DNA from: an uncultured Eubacteriales bacterium
Lineage (GTDB): Bacteria > Acidobacteriota > Aminicenantia > Aminicenantales > Aminicenantaceae
Reading direction: 5' to 3'
Assembly (NCBI GenBank): GCA_964580235.1
Contig: CAZOJY010000002.1
Location: 12,994 to 76,993 of the forward strand
Length of the DNA: 64,000 bases
Part shown: piece after piece, positions 38,649-48,709 of the stretch
Position numbering within the stretch: position 1 is the stretch's first letter
Layout of the letters: each line of letters begins with the position of its first letter
The notes under the pieces: model-generated
Databases searched by the model: none
Seen by the model: only the letters and a program-made list of their open reading frames with translations
Told to the model about the DNA's origin: nothing
Position numbers and translations under genes: made by a program

Positions 38649-39815
38649 CTAACCTGAATAATTCATGCTAAGACATTTGCGAATAATCTCTTCAGTTTTT
38701 TCCAGCTGATTCTCAATGGAATATTTTTCGCAAACACTTTGATGACCCTTCTCAGCAACATTCCGGGCTTGCTCCGGATTCTCGCGAATCGAGAGGATGG
38801 CATCCGCCAACATCCCAGGGACAGGATAATCGACCAAAAATCCATTCTCCCCGGCCGTTATGATCTCTGCTGTTGCACCCTTTCTGACAGCGAGAACCGG
38901 AGTTTTTACAGACATGGCTTCCACTGCTACCCTCCCGAAAGACTCCACGCAGGAAGCGACAACGAGCAAATCCAAATGGGCCAAAACACTCAAAATGTCA
39001 GCTTGATATTTTTCAAAAACCACATGTTTTTCCAATTTTTGGGCGGAAATAAATTTCTGGATCTTTTTAAAATATTTTTTGTCTTTGACTTCACCTATAA
39101 CCAATAATTTCACTTCGGGAATGATTTTCTTGACTATACCGATGGACTCTACCACCTTTTTTTGGCCCTTCTCCGGATAGATCTTTCCGACAATGCCTAT
39201 AACGTAATCTGTCGGTTTAAACCCGAATTTTTGACGGTAGATCTCTTTCAAACCGCCCTGCTCCAAATTCCATTTAAATCCGATAGGCACGATGTGGACT
39301 TTATCCTTGCCCATGAAAGGCTGGCCTGTCGTTTCAGAATTCACGATAATCTTTGCGGATAGGGCCAATAAAAGCGAAATCAACGCCCGTTTCCCGAGAA
39401 GAAAACGCACAGGAGCTTTCTTGGTTCCGAGAATCTCATGAAGACACCAAATATGAGGCACCTTCTTCCATTTCGCCGCCATGCCTCCGCAGAAGTTGAC
39501 CGCAGAGTTAGAATACACCAAGTCGATGCTCTCCTGTCTGATCAAACGGGCAATGCGTGCGACGCTTTTTATGTTCCACAACCAGGAAAGAGGCTGCTTC
39601 CAAACCCGGTTCCTCTCTGTAAGCCACCATTTAGACGGGATCAAAACAGTTTTTACAGAAAGCTTCTTTGCCTCCTCATGAAAGGGCCCGGTCCGCGGAA
39701 GAACCAGGATAGGCTGGATTCCCTTTTTGTTGAGGCCTTCAATTATCTGCAGAAGCACCTTTTCTGCCCCATACAATTCCGCAGAATGCGAAAAAAACAG
39801 GATCTTCACTTTCAT
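38649..39815 (-). CDS. glycosyltransferase family 4
   Basis: VESFGRVAVEAMSVKTPVLAVRKGATAEII. N-terminus MKVKILFFSHSAELYGAEKVL. Confidence 0.8.
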   Translation of the reverse strand: MKVKILFFSHSAELYGAEKVLLQIIEGLNKKGIQPILVLPRTGPFHEEAKKLSVKTVLIPSKWWLTERNRVWKQPLSWLWNIKSVARIARLIRQESIDLVYSNSAVNFCGGMAAKWKKVPHIWCLHEILGTKKAPVRFLLGKRALISLLLALSAKIIVNSETTGQPFMGKDKVHIVPIGFKWNLEQGGLKEIYRQKFGFKPTDYVIGIVGKIYPEKGQKKVVESIGIVKKIIPEVKLLVIGEVKDKKYFKKIQKFISAQKLEKHVVFEKYQADILSVLAHLDLLVVASCVESFGRVAVEAMSVKTPVLAVRKGATAEIITAGENGFLVDYPVPGMLADAILSIRENPEQARNVAEKGHQSVCEKYSIENQLEKTEEIIRKCLSMNYSG

Positions 39816-40945
39816 CTTTCCATGACAGATTTATAAAAATCCAATGTATCCGAGGCGGCTCTATCCCATCTAAAAACTCGAACCCTTTCTTTCCCGGCCA
39901 AAACCAGGTACTCCTGCAGGTTTTCATCTCTCAGGACATGGATAATCTGTTCAGCTATATCTTCAGGATCCTCAGGGTTGACATATACCGCAGCATTTTT
40001 GGCAATCTCTGGAAGGGCAGAAAAACGGGACGTCACGATTGGAAGACCGCTGGCCATCGCCTCCAGCAGGGGAATCCCAAATCCTTCCCAGAGGGAAGGG
40101 AATACAAACACGGACGCTAGCCGGTATATGTTTCTTAACTCTTTTTCAGTCAGGTACCCCACCATCTTCACCCAAGAGCCCAAGTCTAGTTTTTGAATCC
40201 CTCTTTGAACATTGGCGGAATCTCGTCCTTTTCGACCGACAAGGACAAGATGTATTTTCTGATGTCTGTCATGGACTATTTTCAGGGCTTTAAGCAGATT
40301 TGGAAGATTTTTACGCGGCTCATGAGCCCCGACAAAAAGCAAAAAAACAGAGGGAAGATCAAAAGATTTTTTTGTTCGTTCAAGGCTTTCGCTTTCGCTC
40401 GCTTCCCATTTCTTCAGGTCTATCCCGTGGTGAATGACTCTTATTTTTTCCTTATCCAGAACAAACCGCTCCACAAGCTGTTGCTCTGTAAAATGAGACA
40501 CAACAACTATACCGTCGGCTTCATGCAAAGATTTATTAATCTTCCGGGAAAAATACTGCCTTGCTTCCCTGTCTACCATTTCAGGAAAATCTAAAAAAAA
40601 TAGATCATGGAGGGTGATGATCTTTTTTCCTTTCGTCGGCAAAGGAAGAGGTGAGGGGGAGTGAGTTAGATCTAATTTTTTTTTAAAGAAAGAATCCAGG
40701 GTTGGCCATCCCAGTCTGTACCATAAGAAATTGATGACTTTTACAGGATAACGCAAATCCAGAAAACTTTTCTTGGCAAAAAATGGTATTTTTTTAGGGT
40801 TGAATCGGTCTTTCAAGGAGGAGCTGAACAAAAAGTACTCGTTAGTCCGGTCAATTTTTGCCAGCGCGAAAAGGAGATTTTTGAAATAGATCCCAACACC
40901 CGTTTCCCCGCTGAGAAAAGGCCGAAGATCCAACCCGATTCGCAT
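39812..40945 (-). CDS. glycosyltransferase family 4 (first gene of the glycan operon)
   Basis: WEGFGIPLLEAMASGLPIVTSRFSALPEIA. I prefer ATG 40945 (MRIGLDLRPF...), because the upstream ATG 40966 lies inside the promoter spacer. Confidence 0.8.
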   Translation of the reverse strand: MRIGLDLRPFLSGETGVGIYFKNLLFALAKIDRTNEYFLFSSSLKDRFNPKKIPFFAKKSFLDLRYPVKVINFLWYRLGWPTLDSFFKKKLDLTHSPSPLPLPTKGKKIITLHDLFFLDFPEMVDREARQYFSRKINKSLHEADGIVVVSHFTEQQLVERFVLDKEKIRVIHHGIDLKKWEASESESLERTKKSFDLPSVFLLFVGAHEPRKNLPNLLKALKIVHDRHQKIHLVLVGRKGRDSANVQRGIQKLDLGSWVKMVGYLTEKELRNIYRLASVFVFPSLWEGFGIPLLEAMASGLPIVTSRFSALPEIAKNAAVYVNPEDPEDIAEQIIHVLRDENLQEYLVLAGKERVRVFRWDRAASDTLDFYKSVMER

Positions 40946-40953
40946 TTTGAGGT

Positions 40954-40982
40954 AATGTATGCCCATAAGAAGGAAATGTCAA
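40954..40982 (-). promoter_or_regulatory. sigma-70-like promoter of the glycan operon (near-leaderless geometry)
   Basis: Minus strand: TTGACA (40982-77), 17-nt spacer, TACATT (40959-54). Only 8 nt and no Shine-Dalgarno before ATG 40945. Confidence 0.4.
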
Positions 40983-41063
40983 GACGAGGTGAACCTCCTA
41001 AAAAACAAGTTCTTGCTTCCTTCCAAACACGATGATATCATCTCTCTTACAAAGGAGAGCGCG

Positions 41064-42293
41064 ATGGATTGGATGAATAAAATCAGCGATAGAATCGATT
41101 CCTTCCGAGATGAAATGATCGATATGCAGATTCAGCTCTGTTCCTTTCCCGCCATTTCTCCTTCTAGCGGAGGGGAAGGTGAGTTCAAAAAAGCTGAGCG
41201 TCTGCTCGAATTTTTAAATGCCAACGGGTTCAGCAATGTTTCCGTAATCAAAGCTCCGGACCTGGATGCACCAGCCGGCTACCGGCCGAATATTCTGGCC
41301 ATCTACAAAGGAAAGAACTCAGCCAAGACGATCTGGATCATGACCCACATGGACGTGGTTCCCCCGGGAGAACTCGAACTCTGGAATGGCAATCCCTTTA
41401 AGGCCTGGGTTGAGGAAGGAAAAATATTCGGACGCGGCGCAGAGGACAACCAGCAGGATATGGTGGCTTCCTTGTATGCTCTCAAAGCATTTTTTGCCGA
41501 GAGGATCGTTCCTGAGTACGATATCGGGATCGCTCTGGTAGCTGACGAAGAAACCGGAAGTGAAAAAGGAATCGACTATGTCCTGCAAAAGTCCGACCCT
41601 TTCCGCAAACAGGATTTGATTATCGTCCCCGACGCCGGCAACAAGGACGGAACCATGATAGAGGTGGCTGAAAAGGGCATCCTCTGGCTTAAATTCAAGA
41701 CTCTGGGGATCCAGGCCCATGGATCAACGCCTGAGAAAGGGGTAAACAGCTTCAGAGCCGCTTCTTTTCTGGTGACCGAACTCAACGATTTATACAGCCT
41801 TTATCCCGACAAAGATCCCCTTTTTGATCCTCCTATCTCCACTTTTGAACCCACAAAAAAAGAACCCAATGTTCCCAATATCAACACTATTCCAGGAGAA
41901 GATATTTTTTATATGGACAGCCGAATCCTTCCCCAAATTAAGTTAGATGAGGTGAAAAAGAAAATTCGAGAAATGGCAGAGAAGATCGAAAAAAAATTCC
42001 AAGTGGAAATCACTGTTGAAAACGTACAAGAAGCCCCGGCCGCCCCGCCAACTTCTCCAGAAGCGCCTGTGGTTCACGCCCTGCAAAAAGCCATTAGGGC
42101 AATCTACAATGAGGAGGGAAAAGCAATCGGAATCGGGGGCGGGACAGTGGCTGCCCTTTTCCGCAGAGCGAGTTTTGATGCGGCTTGTTGGTCCAGAGTT
42201 GAGGAAACGGCTCATCAACCTAACGAATACTGCGTGATCGACAATATGATAGGAGATGCCAAGGTTTTCGCTCATGTTTTTTTGCAAAAATAA
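41064..42293 (+). CDS. M20 family metallopeptidase (ArgE/DapE-like deacylase)
   Basis: THMDVVPPG, GRGAEDNQQ, ADEETGSEKG and the dimerisation-domain region. ATG 41064 follows AAGGAGAG. Confidence 0.8.
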   Translation: MDWMNKISDRIDSFRDEMIDMQIQLCSFPAISPSSGGEGEFKKAERLLEFLNANGFSNVSVIKAPDLDAPAGYRPNILAIYKGKNSAKTIWIMTHMDVVPPGELELWNGNPFKAWVEEGKIFGRGAEDNQQDMVASLYALKAFFAERIVPEYDIGIALVADEETGSEKGIDYVLQKSDPFRKQDLIIVPDAGNKDGTMIEVAEKGILWLKFKTLGIQAHGSTPEKGVNSFRAASFLVTELNDLYSLYPDKDPLFDPPISTFEPTKKEPNVPNINTIPGEDIFYMDSRILPQIKLDEVKKKIREMAEKIEKKFQVEITVENVQEAPAAPPTSPEAPVVHALQKAIRAIYNEEGKAIGIGGGTVAALFRRASFDAACWSRVEETAHQPNEYCVIDNMIGDAKVFAHVFLQK

Positions 42294-42353
42294 AAGGATT
42301 GTAATCAGAGAGAATGAAGGCGAAGGGGATATTCCTGCAGGGGAGGATTTAAA

Positions 42354-42674
42354 ATGACAAAATATCTCTTGGTTATGACAACAGTCCCAGACGCTGAAAC
42401 CGGTCAAATTATCGGAGAAAAAGTCATTGAAGGGCGATTGGCAGCCTGTGTCACCCTATCAGAACCCGTTCAGAGCCTGTATTGGTGGCAGGGAAAGATC
42501 ACTCAAAATCAAGAGCACACCCTGTTTATTAAAACAAAAAGAGAGGCTTACCCCAGACTCCAAGAGAAAATCCAACAGATTCATCCTTACGATCTGCCTG
42601 AGATCATCGCATTTCCCATTTCTGAGGGGAGCAAGGATTATCTGGATTGGATCAACAACGTAACTCTAGCATGA
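42354..42674 (+). CDS. cutA: divalent-cation tolerance protein CutA
   Basis: RLAACV, YWWQGKI and HPYDLPEIIAFPI. Length 106 aa. Confidence 0.85.
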   Translation: MTKYLLVMTTVPDAETGQIIGEKVIEGRLAACVTLSEPVQSLYWWQGKITQNQEHTLFIKTKREAYPRLQEKIQQIHPYDLPEIIAFPISEGSKDYLDWINNVTLA

Positions 42675-42680
42675 AGAAAC

Positions 42681-43634
42681 TCAGTAATATTTTCTGTTGA
42701 GCTCTTGTGCCATCTTTATCGTATTGAGATGAATTTCAACCGTATCCATGACATCATGAGCATAACCCCCTGCAAACAGGATAACAATAGGAATTTTTAA
42801 TTCCATGGCGCCTTCAATGACAATTTTATCCCTCTTTTCGAGACCGCGCATGGTTATTTTCAATCCGCCCAACTGATCCTTTTCGTACGGATCAGCGCCT
42901 GCCAGGTAAAACACCACATCAGGCTTGAAGCTCTTATACAGGCGTGGGATTTGCGACTTCAGGGCATCTAAATATTTGCTGTCACCATCATCCGACCAAA
43001 ATCCCATATCCAGCGTACTTTTTTCCTTTTTTGCCGGATAGATATCCATTTGATGCATCGAAAAAGTAAAGACCGTTTTATCTCCGTCAAATATTTCCGC
43101 TGTCCCATTTCCCTGGTGAATATCACAATCCACAACCATTCCTTTCTGGAATGTGCTATTTTGCTGCATCTTTCGAAGTGCTATCGCCACATCATTCAGG
43201 ATACAAAAACCTTCCCCATGATCACGGAAGGCATGATGGAATCCGCCTCCGATGTGAACAACCAGACCATCCTCAAATGCCAGCCGCATGGCCATGATGG
43301 TTCCCCCGACCATAAGCCGGGCAAAATCCAGGACATCAGACGTATAGGGCAATTCCATGGTCATGATTTCTGATGGAGAAAGGCGGCCCGTTTTCAGCTT
43401 TTTCAGGTATTTCGGAGAATGAACCAGCAACAGGTCTTCATCCAGAGCCGGTTCGGCAGAAACAAAATTTTCCTTTTTGACTCCTCTCCGCAAAAGTTTT
43501 TCATAAACCAGCCTATATTTTTCGGCCGGAAACACATGATTTCCGAGGTCCACCATCCAGTAAGCATCACTGTATACAAAACGAAAAGAAGGTTTTTTTG
43601 TCCATAACCGGGTTAAAAATTGAAGCAGCGACAT
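42681..43634 (-). CDS. histone deacetylase family protein (acetoin-utilisation / acetylpolyamine amidohydrolase-like)
   Basis: GGGFHHAFRDHGEGFCILNDVAIA, DCDIHQGNGT and GADPYEKDQLG. Confidence 0.85.
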   Translation of the reverse strand: MSLLQFLTRLWTKKPSFRFVYSDAYWMVDLGNHVFPAEKYRLVYEKLLRRGVKKENFVSAEPALDEDLLLVHSPKYLKKLKTGRLSPSEIMTMELPYTSDVLDFARLMVGGTIMAMRLAFEDGLVVHIGGGFHHAFRDHGEGFCILNDVAIALRKMQQNSTFQKGMVVDCDIHQGNGTAEIFDGDKTVFTFSMHQMDIYPAKKEKSTLDMGFWSDDGDSKYLDALKSQIPRLYKSFKPDVVFYLAGADPYEKDQLGGLKITMRGLEKRDKIVIEGAMELKIPIVILFAGGYAHDVMDTVEIHLNTIKMAQELNRKYY

Positions 43635-43773
43635 CGATAGTTATACATACCAAAAAAACCCGAGAGAAACAACTTCAAGAAAATCCAATCAATCCTTGAA
43701 CTTTTTTCTAAAATATTTTAGTTTGTATTTTCATAATCATGACGAACATTATGTGACTCAAAAGGAATCATTC

Positions 43774-44685
43774 ATGGGAATTAAAAAATTTGTCATTAAC
43801 CTTGCGCCATCATCTCTCGTTAAACTTTTTGCCAGCCCTTACGTCGCCGGAGATAGCATCGAATCAGCAGTCCGCACGGCCCGGAGGTTTTGGGAAGAGA
43901 GGCACGTGTGCTCCACTATAGATCTTCTAGGGGAAGAGTTGCAGAATGACGAAGAAGTCCAGTTCACCGTGTGTGTCTATGAAAGACTTATACGGGCCCT
44001 CGGAAAACAGGAATTTGCCACCCTTTCCCTGAAACCCACCCAGCTGGGAAGCCACGCCGGAACAGAACACTGCCTGAAAATCATCGAGGGCATCGTGATG
44101 GAGGCCGAAAAGTTCAATATCAACGTCTCTTTGGACATGGAAGATCACAATTTCACAGACATGACTCTGGATATCTACCGGGGAATCAAAAAAGAACACC
44201 CGACATTCGGAACCGTGCTCCAGTCACGCTTGTTCCGTACTGATGATGACATAAAATCCCTGCAAGGCATAAACGCCCGTATCCGCCTTTGCATCGGAAT
44301 ATACAAAGAACCAAAAGAAATCTCAATCCAGAGTAAGCCAGATATGAAGAAAAAAATGCTCGAACAACTGGAAGTTCTTTTCAAGGAGGGTCATTATCCT
44401 GAAATCGCCACGCACGATGCAGCGGTGATAAATGAATCCATCAACATCGCGGAAAAATTAAACATGAAAAAAGATCAATACGAGGTCCAGATGTTGATGG
44501 GCGTTCCGATGAATGCTTTCCAGGACAAGCTCATCCATAATGGCATCCGGGTTCGCCTGTATGTCCCGTTTGCTGAAAGATGGAAGTATGCCACCGCCTA
44601 CTGCAAGAGACGCTTAGCCGCAAATCCTGCTATGGCGGTTTATATCGTGAAAAACATCTTTCGTAAGATGGCAGGCAAGCGCTAA
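43774..44685 (+). CDS. proline dehydrogenase (monofunctional)
   Basis: TIDLLGEE, SLKPTQLG, QSRLFRT and VQMLMGV...RLYVPFAERWKYATAYCKRRLAANP. I prefer ATG 43774 over TTG 43696. Confidence 0.8.
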   Translation: MGIKKFVINLAPSSLVKLFASPYVAGDSIESAVRTARRFWEERHVCSTIDLLGEELQNDEEVQFTVCVYERLIRALGKQEFATLSLKPTQLGSHAGTEHCLKIIEGIVMEAEKFNINVSLDMEDHNFTDMTLDIYRGIKKEHPTFGTVLQSRLFRTDDDIKSLQGINARIRLCIGIYKEPKEISIQSKPDMKKKMLEQLEVLFKEGHYPEIATHDAAVINESINIAEKLNMKKDQYEVQMLMGVPMNAFQDKLIHNGIRVRLYVPFAERWKYATAYCKRRLAANPAMAVYIVKNIFRKMAGKR

Positions 44686-44689
44686 GCTT

Positions 44690-47404
44690 TTAGTGTGCTT
44701 GTTTTTCCTTCAATACAACCTGCGCAGCGGCCAAACGCGCAATTGGAATCTGGTAGGCAGAACAGCTCACATAATTCAATCCGATCTGGTGACAGAAAGA
44801 GATGGAACGCGGATCGCCCCCATGGACACCACAGATTCCCACTTTGAGGTCGGGGCGGGTTTTCCGTCCTTTCTGCACAGCCCACTTCATCAATTCCCCA
44901 ACGCCGGGAATATCGACGGTCTCGAATGGATTATCCTTCCAAATTCCGTGGGCCAGGTAGTACGCCATAAAATCTGCACCGTCATCCCGGGAAACACCAT
45001 AGGCCGTCTGGGTAAGATCATTGGTTCCGAAGGAAAAAAATTCCGCTTCTCGGGCAACTTCTGCAGCTATGATCGCTGCCCTTGGGATTTCGATCATGGT
45101 TCCTACAGAATAGGGGATTTCAACAGCATGTTTTTCCATCAATTCATCGGCGATACGGGTGATGATCTCCTTTTGGTTGGCAAGCTCTTCGCGGGTTCCG
45201 ATTAGCGGGATCATGATTTCCGGAAAGACCTTCTCGCCCTCCTTTGTCAACTGGATCACGGCTTCGAATATGGCTGAGGCCTGCATTTCTATGACCTCGG
45301 GGTAGGTAACACCAAGCCGGCATCCCCTGTGACCTAACATCGGGTTGAATTCCGATAGCGCTTTGACTCGATTCAACAGATTTTCCAGCGCTTGGATCTT
45401 TTCCGTTTGATCGCTCTGAGCGGCTTTCATCACGGCCAGCTCCACCATTAGGTCTTCCCGGCGCGGCAGGAATTCATGTAAGGGGGGATCGAGCGTACGT
45501 ATTGTAACAGGACGGCTGCCCATCGCTTTGAACAAGCCATAAAAGTCCTCTTTCTGGAAGGGAAGAAGCTTGTTAATAGCTGTCTTCCTTTCTTCTTTGG
45601 CCTCAGACAGGATCATTTCTTTTATGAAAGGGAGTCGTTCCCTGTCAAAAAACATGTGTTCGGTTCTTGCCAAACCGATGCCTTCAGCTCCAAAGGCCAC
45701 TGCTGTTCGGGCATCTTCAGGTGTATCGGCATTCGCTCTTACTTTAAGTCGTCTTACCTGATCGGCCCAGGAAAGGAATTTGACAAATCGTTGATACATC
45801 GGGGAATCCTCGGGGCGTTTCTCCCCGCGGACGACCTGCATGATTTCGGACGGCTGGGTCGGTATTTCTCCATCGAAGACCTCTCCCAAAGTTCCCTCTA
45901 TGGAAAGCCAGTCACCTTCTGTAAATTTATTGCCTCTGATGGTGAAGAATTTTTGTTCTTCATTCAGGTTGACATCTCCACATCCGACAACGGCCGGCTT
46001 GCCCATCTGGCGGCCAACTACAGCAGCATGGGATGTCATGCCTCCTGTGGCCGTCAGTATTCCCAGCGCCGCGCTCATTCCATGGATGTCATCCGGGGAA
46101 GTTTCATCCCGGACAAGAATGACGCGTTTTCCTTCCTTTTTTCTGGCAACAGCTTCCTCAGCGGTAAACACCACCTGCCCTGCGGCAGCTCCTGGAGAAG
46201 CGGCCAGCCCCTTAGCCAGCAGGGCATGTTTTTCCTTTTCTCTGGCATTAAACACGGGGTGGAGCAGCTGATTCAGAGCTTCAGGTTCGACCATCATCAG
46301 AGCTTTATTCTCGTCGACAAGCCCTTCCTCTACCAAATCCACCGCGATCTTCACCGCAGCAGGGCCTGTCCTCTTTCCGCTCCGCGTTTGAAGCATGTAT
46401 AATTTTCCCTCCTGGATTGTGAACTCAAAATCTTGAACATCCTTGTAGTGTTTTTCAAGGTTGTCTGTTATGTCCTTCAACTCCTTAAAAACATCGGGCA
46501 TTTTCGAACCTAAAGAAACAAGAGGAGAGGGCGTTCGAACTCCAGCCACAACATCCTCCCCTTGGGCATTAAACAGATACTCTCCGAATAATTCTTTCTC
46601 TCCCGTTGCAGGATTCCTCGTGAATCCCACGCCCGTTGCTGAATTTTCCCCTGCGTTTCCAAACACCATCAACTGAACATTAACGGCTGTCCCCAAATCA
46701 TCAGGGATGTGGTTCAAACGGCGGTATGTGATGGCACGCGGGTTATTCCATGATGAAAAAACGGCAGAAATAGCCAGGAAAAGTTGCTGCTTGACATCCT
46801 GAGGGAATTCTCTTCCGGTCTCTTTTTTCACCAATTTTTTATACTCAGCCACTAGTTTTTCTAAAAAACTTTCTGTCATTTCGAAGTCATGAACAACCCC
46901 ACTTTTCTGCTTTTTTCGCTTTAAGATATCCTCGAATTTTTTCTTGGGAACTTCCAGCACGACATCCCCAAACATGTGGATCAACCGGCGGTAACAATCC
47001 ATTGCAAACCTCTTATCCCCGGTCTTTGCAGCCAATCCTTGGAGCGTTTGGTCATTAAGCCCGAGGTTTAAAACTGTATCCATCATTCCCGGCATGGAAA
47101 ATTTCGCTCCGGAACGTACAGACACAAGAAGAGGATTGTCTTTTTCCCCAAACCTTTGTTGTGTGGTGGTCTCCAATTTTTTTAAATTCTCAAAAATTTC
47201 CTCCTCGACAGCTGGAGGGACCTTGTCTCCTTCCTGAGTAAACAGGTTGCAAACTTCTGTGGACACGGTAAAGCCAGCAGGAACAGGCAGTCCGATGCCA
47301 GCCATTTCAGCCAGATTTGCGCCTTTTCCGCCAAGCATATCCTTCATATCCTTATTGCCTTCCGCTTTTCCTTTCCCGAAGAAATACACGTATTTTTTAT
47401 CCAC
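44690..47404 (-). CDS. ppdK: pyruvate, phosphate dikinase
   Basis: Length 904 aa. GGKGANLAEM, phospho-His loop GGMTSHAAVVGRQMGKP, and PEP-utilising C-domain FFSFGTNDLTQ, ICGVHGGDP. GTG start follows AAGGAG. Confidence 0.95.
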   Translation of the reverse strand: MDKKYVYFFGKGKAEGNKDMKDMLGGKGANLAEMAGIGLPVPAGFTVSTEVCNLFTQEGDKVPPAVEEEIFENLKKLETTTQQRFGEKDNPLLVSVRSGAKFSMPGMMDTVLNLGLNDQTLQGLAAKTGDKRFAMDCYRRLIHMFGDVVLEVPKKKFEDILKRKKQKSGVVHDFEMTESFLEKLVAEYKKLVKKETGREFPQDVKQQLFLAISAVFSSWNNPRAITYRRLNHIPDDLGTAVNVQLMVFGNAGENSATGVGFTRNPATGEKELFGEYLFNAQGEDVVAGVRTPSPLVSLGSKMPDVFKELKDITDNLEKHYKDVQDFEFTIQEGKLYMLQTRSGKRTGPAAVKIAVDLVEEGLVDENKALMMVEPEALNQLLHPVFNAREKEKHALLAKGLAASPGAAAGQVVFTAEEAVARKKEGKRVILVRDETSPDDIHGMSAALGILTATGGMTSHAAVVGRQMGKPAVVGCGDVNLNEEQKFFTIRGNKFTEGDWLSIEGTLGEVFDGEIPTQPSEIMQVVRGEKRPEDSPMYQRFVKFLSWADQVRRLKVRANADTPEDARTAVAFGAEGIGLARTEHMFFDRERLPFIKEMILSEAKEERKTAINKLLPFQKEDFYGLFKAMGSRPVTIRTLDPPLHEFLPRREDLMVELAVMKAAQSDQTEKIQALENLLNRVKALSEFNPMLGHRGCRLGVTYPEVIEMQASAIFEAVIQLTKEGEKVFPEIMIPLIGTREELANQKEIITRIADELMEKHAVEIPYSVGTMIEIPRAAIIAAEVAREAEFFSFGTNDLTQTAYGVSRDDGADFMAYYLAHGIWKDNPFETVDIPGVGELMKWAVQKGRKTRPDLKVGICGVHGGDPRSISFCHQIGLNYVSCSAYQIPIARLAAAQVVLKEKQAH

Positions 47405-47443
47405 GGCTCAGCTCCTTATTTCTGGATTTTTTTATAACCCAAG

Positions 47444-47472
47444 AATATACATACCTGCACTATAAATTTCAA
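47444..47472 (-). promoter_or_regulatory. sigma-70-like promoter of ppdK
   Basis: Minus strand: TTGAAA (47472-67), 17-nt spacer, TATATT (47449-44). Confidence 0.4.
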
Positions 47473-47515
47473 GGTTCACCACATGCAGAGGTTTTTCTGC
47501 AAAAATTGGCGTTTT

Positions 47516-48709
47516 TCAGGCTTTTTTTAAATATTCCTGGAGGCCTGCTTTAAAAATTGTGATGGCTCTCTTGAGATCCTCCTCTTTGAGAACATACGCA
47601 ATCCTGACCTCATCCGTGCCCATTCCCGGCGTGCGATAAAAACCTTGAGCAGGGGCAACCATGACTGTCTCGTTGTCCAGCTGGAAATCTGTGAGCATCC
47701 AGTGCACAAAATGTTCACAGTCCTTGATCGGGAGTCTGACAATATAATAAAAGGCACCCTGCGGTTTTCGGATCACGATTCCAGGGATGTCTTTCAAGCC
47801 TTCGTAAAGAACATCTCTTCTACGCTGGTATTCTTTCTGGACGGGATCAAAATATCCTCTCCCCATCCGGTAGGCAGCCAGGGCCATCATTTGCTCGATC
47901 GTCGGGGGACATAACCTGGCCTGGGCAAATTTGAGGACGGATTGGTAGACCTGCTCGTTCCGGGTGACCAGCGCACCAATTCTTGCACCGCAGCAGCTGA
48001 AGCGTTTGGATATGCTGTCCACGACGATCGTTCGATCCTGAACTTCCTCGTACTCCAAAATGCTCTTGTGCGTTGCCCCGTCATACACAAATTCTTTGTA
48101 GACTTCGTCCGCTATGATGAACAAATCATGTTCGAGAGCCAAGGTGATAATCCGTTCTAGTTCTTCCGCCGTGTATACCGTGCCTGTTGGATTGCTCGGG
48201 GAATTCATCAGGATGGCCCTAGTTTTTGCGGTTATTTTCGCTGCGATGCTTTCTATGGATGGAAGGCGAAATCCTTCTTCAACATTCAGGGTTAAGGGAA
48301 CGATGCTCACGTCAGCGCAGGCAGCAAACCCGTTATAATTTGTGTAAAAAGGTTCGGGAATTATGATTTCTCCACCCGGATCAGACACAACGCTGAGGGA
48401 AAAATGAATCGCCTCAGAACCGCCTATGGTAATGATGACGTTTTCGGAATCCAGAGAAATGTTATACGATCCAAAGTAATCGGCTATGGCCTGCCTCAAT
48501 TCCAGGAATCCCTGGGCCGGGCCATAACTGAGGACTTCTTCGTCAAAGTCCTTGAGAGCATTCCAGACCGGCTTCGGTGTCGCAATGTCAGGCTGTCCGA
48601 TATTGATGAAATACACATGGATTCCCCGCTCCCTGGCCTCGTCAGCAAACGGCTTCAGCTTTCTAATCGGTGATTCCTGGATTTCTGCACCTCTGTTAGA
48701 TATATCCAT
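47516..48709 (-). CDS. pyridoxal-phosphate-dependent aminotransferase class I/II (aspartate aminotransferase-like)
   Basis: NSPSNPTG, ADEVY, and the PLP-lysine motif DSISKRFSCCGARIG. Confidence 0.85.
   Translation of the reverse strand: MDISNRGAEIQESPIRKLKPFADEARERGIHVYFINIGQPDIATPKPVWNALKDFDEEVLSYGPAQGFLELRQAIADYFGSYNISLDSENVIITIGGSEAIHFSLSVVSDPGGEIIIPEPFYTNYNGFAACADVSIVPLTLNVEEGFRLPSIESIAAKITAKTRAILMNSPSNPTGTVYTAEELERIITLALEHDLFIIADEVYKEFVYDGATHKSILEYEEVQDRTIVVDSISKRFSCCGARIGALVTRNEQVYQSVLKFAQARLCPPTIEQMMALAAYRMGRGYFDPVQKEYQRRRDVLYEGLKDIPGIVIRKPQGAFYYIVRLPIKDCEHFVHWMLTDFQLDNETVMVAPAQGFYRTPGMGTDEVRIAYVLKEEDLKRAITIFKAGLQEYLKKA

Noticed and set aside
34083-40966. Idea that the glycan cluster, the TPR protein and the sigma-54 activator form a PEP-CTERM/exosortase (PrsK/PrsR/PrsT-like) system.
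   Set aside because: There is no exosortase and no histidine kinase. The activator has a GAF domain, not a receiver domain. None of the secreted proteins in the window ends in a PEP-CTERM sorting signal.
45656-46402. 248-aa and 143-aa plus-strand ORFs inside ppdK. Similar stacks occur at 59486-60442 inside the BNR gene and at 10880-11540 inside nhaC.
   Set aside because: They lie in locally GC-rich coding DNA, where stop codons are rare in all frames. The products have biased Ser/Arg/Pro composition. The host genes are intact and well supported.
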